Source of the DNA: Calditrichia bacterium
Lineage (GTDB): Bacteria > Calditrichota > Calditrichia > RBG-13-44-9
Assembly (NCBI GenBank): GCA_037381445.1
Contig: JARRQT010000027.1
Span: 1-19,130 of the forward strand
Reading direction: 5' to 3'
Length of the DNA: 19,130 nt
Both the position numbers and the translations under genes were made by a program. Every line of letters begins with the position of its first letter. Position 1 is the first letter of the stretch. A model generated the notes under the pieces. That model was not told the DNA's origin and ran no database searches. It saw only the letters and a list, made by a program, of their open reading frames with translations. Shown here one piece after another: positions 16,087 to 19,130 of the stretch.

Positions 16087-17019
16087 CTATTCGTGTCCGG
16101 CCCCCTGATATGCCTTTTCTCCCGCGGTTATCCGCACGGGCAGCCGGTTCTGATCAGGCGGCATGGGACAGGTCGCGTAAGGGGTAAAAGCGCAGGGCGG
16201 ATTATAAGCCCTATTAAAATCGATTATGGTATTGCCATTCTTATCGGGTTTATTCACCAACAGGAAGCGCCCGGCCCCATAGGTTTCTGCGCCGTTTGTT
16301 TGATCTGCGAAAATAATAAAATATTGATCTTCTCCCGGTTCCACAACCGGATCCAAACGGTATGTTTTGCCCTTGATTGTAAAAACAAGCGCTCCTGGAG
16401 AATGTTCATCATTGATCGTGCCCAAAACGGTTGGAACAGCAATAGTCCGTGCGGAATCGTAGGGCTCAAGCCGCGCCTGAATCCGCCAGAGAGAATCAAT
16501 GGGGAATAAATCTATTCCCCTAAAATTTTTCAGCGCAGGATTGCCGCTGTCCCGCAGTCTCACCCCGTATTTATCTCCGCGCTTAATAATGAACCATGAG
16601 AGGGTATTCCACGATAGAATGGCGGGACTTCCCTCGGCATCATTCCGCAATGTTGCGGATTTCACCGGACTGCCATTCTCAAGCACCTCCACACCAGGCT
16701 TTATATGGACCATGACCTTCCCATTCTCGAGGAAAAATGAACCTATCGTGTCCGGCGCTTTTCCCTCCGGAAAGCAGATATCATTTGTCGAGGCTGATCC
16801 AAATGTGTTCTCGCCTTCTTTCAGCCAGAACAGGCCCGCCAGGCTCAGCCAGCCGTCCGGTTTGGTCAGCGAGGCAATCCGTTTTTTGTGCCAGGTTACA
16901 ATTTTATTCACATACGCAGCATCTGCCTTTGGGACCCCTGACTGACATGAAATTATTGAAAGAATAGCCAGAAAAATAAAACCATTCACAATGGCAGCAG
17001 AGATTTTCTTCTTTAGCAT
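16087..17019 (-). CDS. DUF1684-family lipoprotein
   Basis: Lipobox IISC; 'GWLSLAGLFWL', 'F.D.T.G.ETYGAGRFL' and 'IDFNRAYNPPCAFTPYATCPMPP..NRL..ITAGEK'. Confidence 0.9.
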   Translation of the reverse strand: MLKKKISAAIVNGFIFLAILSIISCQSGVPKADAAYVNKIVTWHKKRIASLTKPDGWLSLAGLFWLKEGENTFGSASTNDICFPEGKAPDTIGSFFLENGKVMVHIKPGVEVLENGSPVKSATLRNDAEGSPAILSWNTLSWFIIKRGDKYGVRLRDSGNPALKNFRGIDLFPIDSLWRIQARLEPYDSARTIAVPTVLGTINDEHSPGALVFTIKGKTYRLDPVVEPGEDQYFIIFADQTNGAETYGAGRFLLVNKPDKNGNTIIDFNRAYNPPCAFTPYATCPMPPDQNRLPVRITAGEKAYQGAGHE

Positions 17020-17148
17020 AAAGGACCTCGAAAATTTAAATATTCGTAAATTTATTTTCCGATTATAACAGAATGTCTTTTTAAACCGAATTAAAAAGCC
17101 TAAGCTTTTTCAGAAAACATGAGCGAAGCAAAACCCGGGGGAGTAACC

Positions 17149-17190
17149 AAAAAGATAACCTGAACCTCATCCATAGAAATTCAGGCTATC
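17149..17190 (-). terminator. Rho-independent terminator of the aminopeptidase C gene
   Basis: Minus strand gatagcctgaa...ttcaggttatc (11-bp stem, one G-U pair) followed by ttttt. Confidence 0.7.
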
Positions 17191-17203
17191 CATAAACAAA
17201 ATT

Positions 17204-18604
17204 TTATTTAAACGCTTCCCGCATGGGATCCCATATCGGAAGTTTTTTGGGGGTTTTCTTCAAAATGGCAAGCACATTATCCGGCAAATATTTTTTATTA
17301 ATGATGACTGTATAGACGTATTTGTCAAACCAGTTATTGTACATGGTGTAGTATCCCTTTTCGCCGGTATCGGCACCCCAGGAGTTCTCAACCTTCCATT
17401 TCACAGGTTTCCCCTGCACCGTGTCGGCAGCAACAAAAACCATAGCATGGTTGGGAATGCTGATCTGATATTCCATCCGCTCTGCCTTGGTCAAGTTGTC
17501 TTTAACGCCGTAAAGCGATTGGTAATCATAAATTCCGTCTTCCATGATTCCGTGATCCCGCTCCATCTGCCAGCCGGCATCGGCGGCAAACCATACAGGC
17601 TCTTTATCTTCCAGCGATTTAAGCGTATACTCTTTGATCTGATTGATATCAATATTGATAAAATCCATGTCCGGCTTATCTGTCATGTTCCGGCAATAAT
17701 CGATTTGATAATGGTCATTGTAGGGATGCACCGGATAATCCAGAATCGTTACGTACTGATTGAGGTCAAATCCGACCGCATCTTTATAAAATTGCTGCGG
17801 TGTATAGGTATTTTCGACAATGTGACCGTCCTTGTCCTGGTAGCGCCAGGTAAATTGTTCCGGGGGTGTTCCCAAATGCATAACCAGCAAACGATACACA
17901 TCTTTCAGCATTTCCACCTTCCGCTCACGCAGCTCAGAGACACTCTTCCCCTGGGCGGCCATGTTTCGCAAATTGGCTGCATCTTCGCGGACCACCGTGC
18001 CGAGGGCTTTATCCATCATGGCAGATTTGCTGCTGTTCACTGTTTCCGGCATAATATCTTTGGGAACCACACCATACTTTTCGATAAGATCGACGACATA
18101 ATTCCACCAGCCGCCGTCGGCAACCGGATCCTTCAACAAGGTCTGCAATTCCCGGTCGTCAATCGGTGTGTTGCGGTTTTGGATGACAGCTTCCAGAACG
18201 AGATTCGATTTTTCAAGCTTGTCCCAGAAGAACAGATAGGATTGAGAAAATTCAAAAGACTCCAGATTGAATTTTTTCATGGCCGCAGGACGCATGATGT
18301 TCAGTCCGGCGAACATCCAGCAGCGACCGGTGCTTTTCTGATCGGTAATTCCCTTGGCATCGGTCTTTACATTGAACACATCATTGTATTGATTGACCAT
18401 TTCCCGGTTCAGGGCCAGGCTTTTAACGGAATTATTGGTGATGGCGTTCATCAACGCCCGGTTTGTGGCATCCATTTTCAGCGAACCCTTTAATTCCCGA
18501 ATTACGGTGGGATCCAGATCGGGGGAGGTTTTGGTGAATCCCTGGGTAATAAAAACAAGCATCACAAGCGGAAAACACAGTTTGAGCAACGATTGCTTTA
18601 CCAT
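17204..18604 (-). CDS. pepC: Aminopeptidase C / bleomycin hydrolase-like cysteine peptidase (C1B) with signal peptide
   Basis: DQKSTGRCW (catalytic Cys), 'FEFSQSYLFFWDKLEK', DGGWW, NHAM (His), ENSWG (Asn) and C-terminal 'WDPM'. Confidence 0.93.
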   Translation of the reverse strand: MVKQSLLKLCFPLVMLVFITQGFTKTSPDLDPTVIRELKGSLKMDATNRALMNAITNNSVKSLALNREMVNQYNDVFNVKTDAKGITDQKSTGRCWMFAGLNIMRPAAMKKFNLESFEFSQSYLFFWDKLEKSNLVLEAVIQNRNTPIDDRELQTLLKDPVADGGWWNYVVDLIEKYGVVPKDIMPETVNSSKSAMMDKALGTVVREDAANLRNMAAQGKSVSELRERKVEMLKDVYRLLVMHLGTPPEQFTWRYQDKDGHIVENTYTPQQFYKDAVGFDLNQYVTILDYPVHPYNDHYQIDYCRNMTDKPDMDFINIDINQIKEYTLKSLEDKEPVWFAADAGWQMERDHGIMEDGIYDYQSLYGVKDNLTKAERMEYQISIPNHAMVFVAADTVQGKPVKWKVENSWGADTGEKGYYTMYNNWFDKYVYTVIINKKYLPDNVLAILKKTPKKLPIWDPMREAFK

Positions 18605-19074
18605 TACATCTTTCCTTTCCTGTTTGAATGAATGAGTTATTTTTTAACGGTAATACATACTGCAAATTCAGTTAGGGGTTTCCCAAAATATTATTTTGAG
18701 AAACCAGAAATGAACATAGCAACATTTTGATTCTTAATGCTATAACGAAAATTTTTTTATGGAAATCAGATTGAGGCGGCCGGATTCTCCTGCAAAATCT
18801 AATATGATATAAATTCTTTACAACACCGGATGTCCGGTTTCCGGACTTTTTCAAAATTATTAATATCAGAGAATTTGGTGAGAAATATTGGGCAGTTTGG
18901 AAACTACTAAATCATGAAATCAGGAAATTCAAGTCTGGCACATCATAATTATCATGGCATGCAACGCATCCTTTGCGGATTGCCGGCATGTGTCATGTCC
19001 ACAGGCCGCGATATAAAACTAAAAATCATACTATCGAAAAAAACATGCATCTCAGAAATATGCTGTAAATCGGC

Positions 19075-19115
19075 GCCGGGATGATTAATCTTTATGCATG
19101 ATAACTCATCCCGGC
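19075..19115. other. Strong inverted repeat/hairpin, possibly the terminator of a gene beyond the window
   Basis: gccgggatga...tcatcccggc forms a perfect 10-bp stem. Confidence 0.45.
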
Positions 19116-19130
19116 ATCTGTCCAACTATT

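Noticed and set aside
1798..16967. Numerous short alternative-frame and antisense ORFs in the ORF track
   Set aside because: They overlap longer genes with clear family motifs and show no independent coding evidence.
17447..18493. 348-aa plus-strand ORF
   Set aside because: Antisense shadow lying wholly inside the well-supported pepC gene, with no recognisable motifs.
18935..18980. Sigma-54 promoter (TGGCAC/TGGCAT)
   Set aside because: No TTGC at the required -12 spacing.

Overview
About 19 kb of bacterial chromosome, probably from the FCB superphylum. A Calditrichota/Ignavibacteria-like origin is inferred from a subtilase with an 'LPVTL...PYPNPFNPVTRI' C-terminal sorting/FlgD-Ig tail. Plus-strand genes at the left: partial DinB-like gene, CPBP/Abi membrane protein frameshifted by an exact 31-bp tandem duplication, and a Cdd1-like HhH protein. 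A minus-strand run follows: multidomain secreted S8 protease, B12-binding radical SAM protein, membrane pyrophosphatase HppA, YjlB-type cupin, threonine synthase-like PLP enzyme, class I methyltransferase and a secreted hypothetical protein. Next are a small hypothetical ORF and a triple-BON protein (+), then a DUF1684 lipoprotein and a secreted C1B aminopeptidase (-). I saw no RNA genes, CRISPR arrays or transposases. The most unusual object is HppA. It has Na+,H+-PPase-like signatures, several substitutions at normally conserved positions, and a 174-aa helical segment replacing the usually short cytoplasmic loop between its last two transmembrane helices. This may be an undescribed regulatory domain on an ion-pumping pyrophosphatase.
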